From: Shigella phage Sf22
Sequence record: MF158045
Reading direction: 5' to 3' (one strand)
Length of the DNA: 64,000 nucleotides
The number at the start of each line of letters is the position of its first letter. Within the stretch, counting starts at the first letter, position 1. Positions 63,250 through 64,000 of this stretch are shown here, piece by piece. Both the position numbers and the translations under genes were made by a program. The notes beneath the pieces are model-generated. The model saw nothing but the letters and a program-made list of their open reading frames with translations, did not search any database and was not told where the DNA came from.

Positions 63250-63455
63250 TACAAAAAGCCTCTTTTGAATTCGACCTGCTTCTCACCATAATCATATCGA
63301 ATCTCTGCGTTAAATTCAACAGAACCATCTGCGTACATCATAAATGAATGCACAACAACTTCTGTAGACCATGGTTGCAATTCATATTTCTTCATTACAT
63401 GCCGTGAAATGATAATATCTAAATCTTCATTTGGTTTAATCCAACGATTTAACAT
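63249..63455 (-). CDS. Hypothetical protein (68 aa)
   Basis: ORF track. Confidence 0.45.
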   Translation of the reverse strand: MLNRWIKPNEDLDIIISRHVMKKYELQPWSTEVVVHSFMMYADGSVEFNAEIRYDYGEKQVEFKRGFL

Positions 63456-63520
63456 AGTGCTCTCCTCTATAAGATAATTCTATTATACCATACTCATTTT
63501 GATATGTAAACCATTTAAAT

Positions 63521-63544
63521 GAAAAAGGACTCCCGAAGGAGTCC
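63521..63544 (-). terminator. Rho-independent terminator after soc (GGACTCC-CGAA-GGAGTCC + T-run)
   Basis: Identical hairpin to 9866-9890. Confidence 0.6.
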
Positions 63545-63553
63545 TTAAATTAT

Positions 63554-63811
63554 TTAACCACCTACACCTGGTGTAGGTGTAACAGTCCAAAGACCTTCAT
63601 TAGCAGTGATCCATTCAGTACGCTGATTTTCTTCATATACTGTAGAATATGCTGCTTTTTCAGAAGGGAATGTCTGATAATGAGCACCAGAAATTTTGTG
63701 AACATCAGAATAAAGAGGGAAAGCTACAGAAATTTCTTTACCCTGAATTGTACCACCATCAACTGCTTGGTCAAATGTTTTGATATTAACATAACCGCGA
63801 GTACTAGCCAT
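63554..63811 (-). CDS. soc: Small outer capsid protein
   Basis: 85 aa, MASTRGYVNIKTF...EISVAFPLYSDVHKISGAHYQTFPSEKAAYSTVYEENQRTEW... matches recalled T4 Soc with a variant C-terminus. Confidence 0.9.
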   Translation of the reverse strand: MASTRGYVNIKTFDQAVDGGTIQGKEISVAFPLYSDVHKISGAHYQTFPSEKAAYSTVYEENQRTEWITANEGLWTVTPTPGVGG

Positions 63812-63833
63812 GTAATTCTCCTTTTATTTAAAT

Positions 63834-64000
63834 TACATGATTATTTATAATAAATTCTCGCGGAACGTTAAAATACCCGATTTTAGTTAATATAACAACA
63901 TCACCGTTAATAATTACCGGAGAATAATCTTCTGGAGCATTAAATTTCCAATGGGCTCTAATATTATATCCATCAGAACCAAATGCTCGAGTAGCCGGTC
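63834..64000 (-). CDS. 3' end of an unidentified minus-strand gene that starts beyond the window
   Basis: Open frame from the window edge to a stop at ~63834 (...GYFNVPREFIINNHVI*). Confidence 0.4.
63843..63850 (-). promoter_or_regulatory. Late promoter (TATAAATA) for soc
   Basis: Exact TATAAATA on minus strand ~30 nt upstream of the soc ATG, inside the 3' end of the upstream ORF. Confidence 0.55.

Overview
The window is a contiguous 64-kb segment of a T-even (T4-like, Tequatrovirus) phage genome: AT-rich, densely coding, with no rRNA, tRNA, CRISPR array, integrase or transposase detected. Identification rests on reading the translated ORFs against recalled T4 protein sequences and gene order; no database search was possible. 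Gene order is collinear with the T4 map from gene 54 to soc. Coordinates 1-28,900 are an early/middle-gene block on the minus strand: two tandem alt paralogs, DNA ligase 30, rIII, 31, cd, pseT, spanins, alc, rnlA, denA, nrdB, nrdA, td, frd, 32, 59, 33, dsbA, rnh. Coordinates 28,964-39,891 are the plus-strand late tail-fibre operon 34-35-36-37-38 plus holin t. Coordinates 39,892-64,000 are a second minus-strand block: asiA, arn, motA, 52, stp, ndd, denB, rIIB, rIIA, 39, dexA, dda, modA, modB, soc. About 45 small ORFs of unknown function fill the gaps. Differences from canonical T4 that can be read directly: td and nrdB are uninterrupted, gene 39 is a single 606-aa ORF, no homing-endonuclease ORFs were recognised, and the adhesin module is T2-type (gp38 with glycine-rich motifs; gp37 with a C-terminal chaperone-like domain). 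No single unmistakable novel system was found; the best candidates for second-look biology are the tandem alt duplication, an extra 119-aa ORF between frd and td, a ~290-bp non-coding island between rIII and the 30.x genes, the arn-motA small-ORF cluster, an exactly duplicated 54-bp promoter-leader cassette, and perfect inverted repeats around two early promoters. Hand-counted positions of promoters, hairpins and sub-60-aa ORFs may be off by 1-2 nt.
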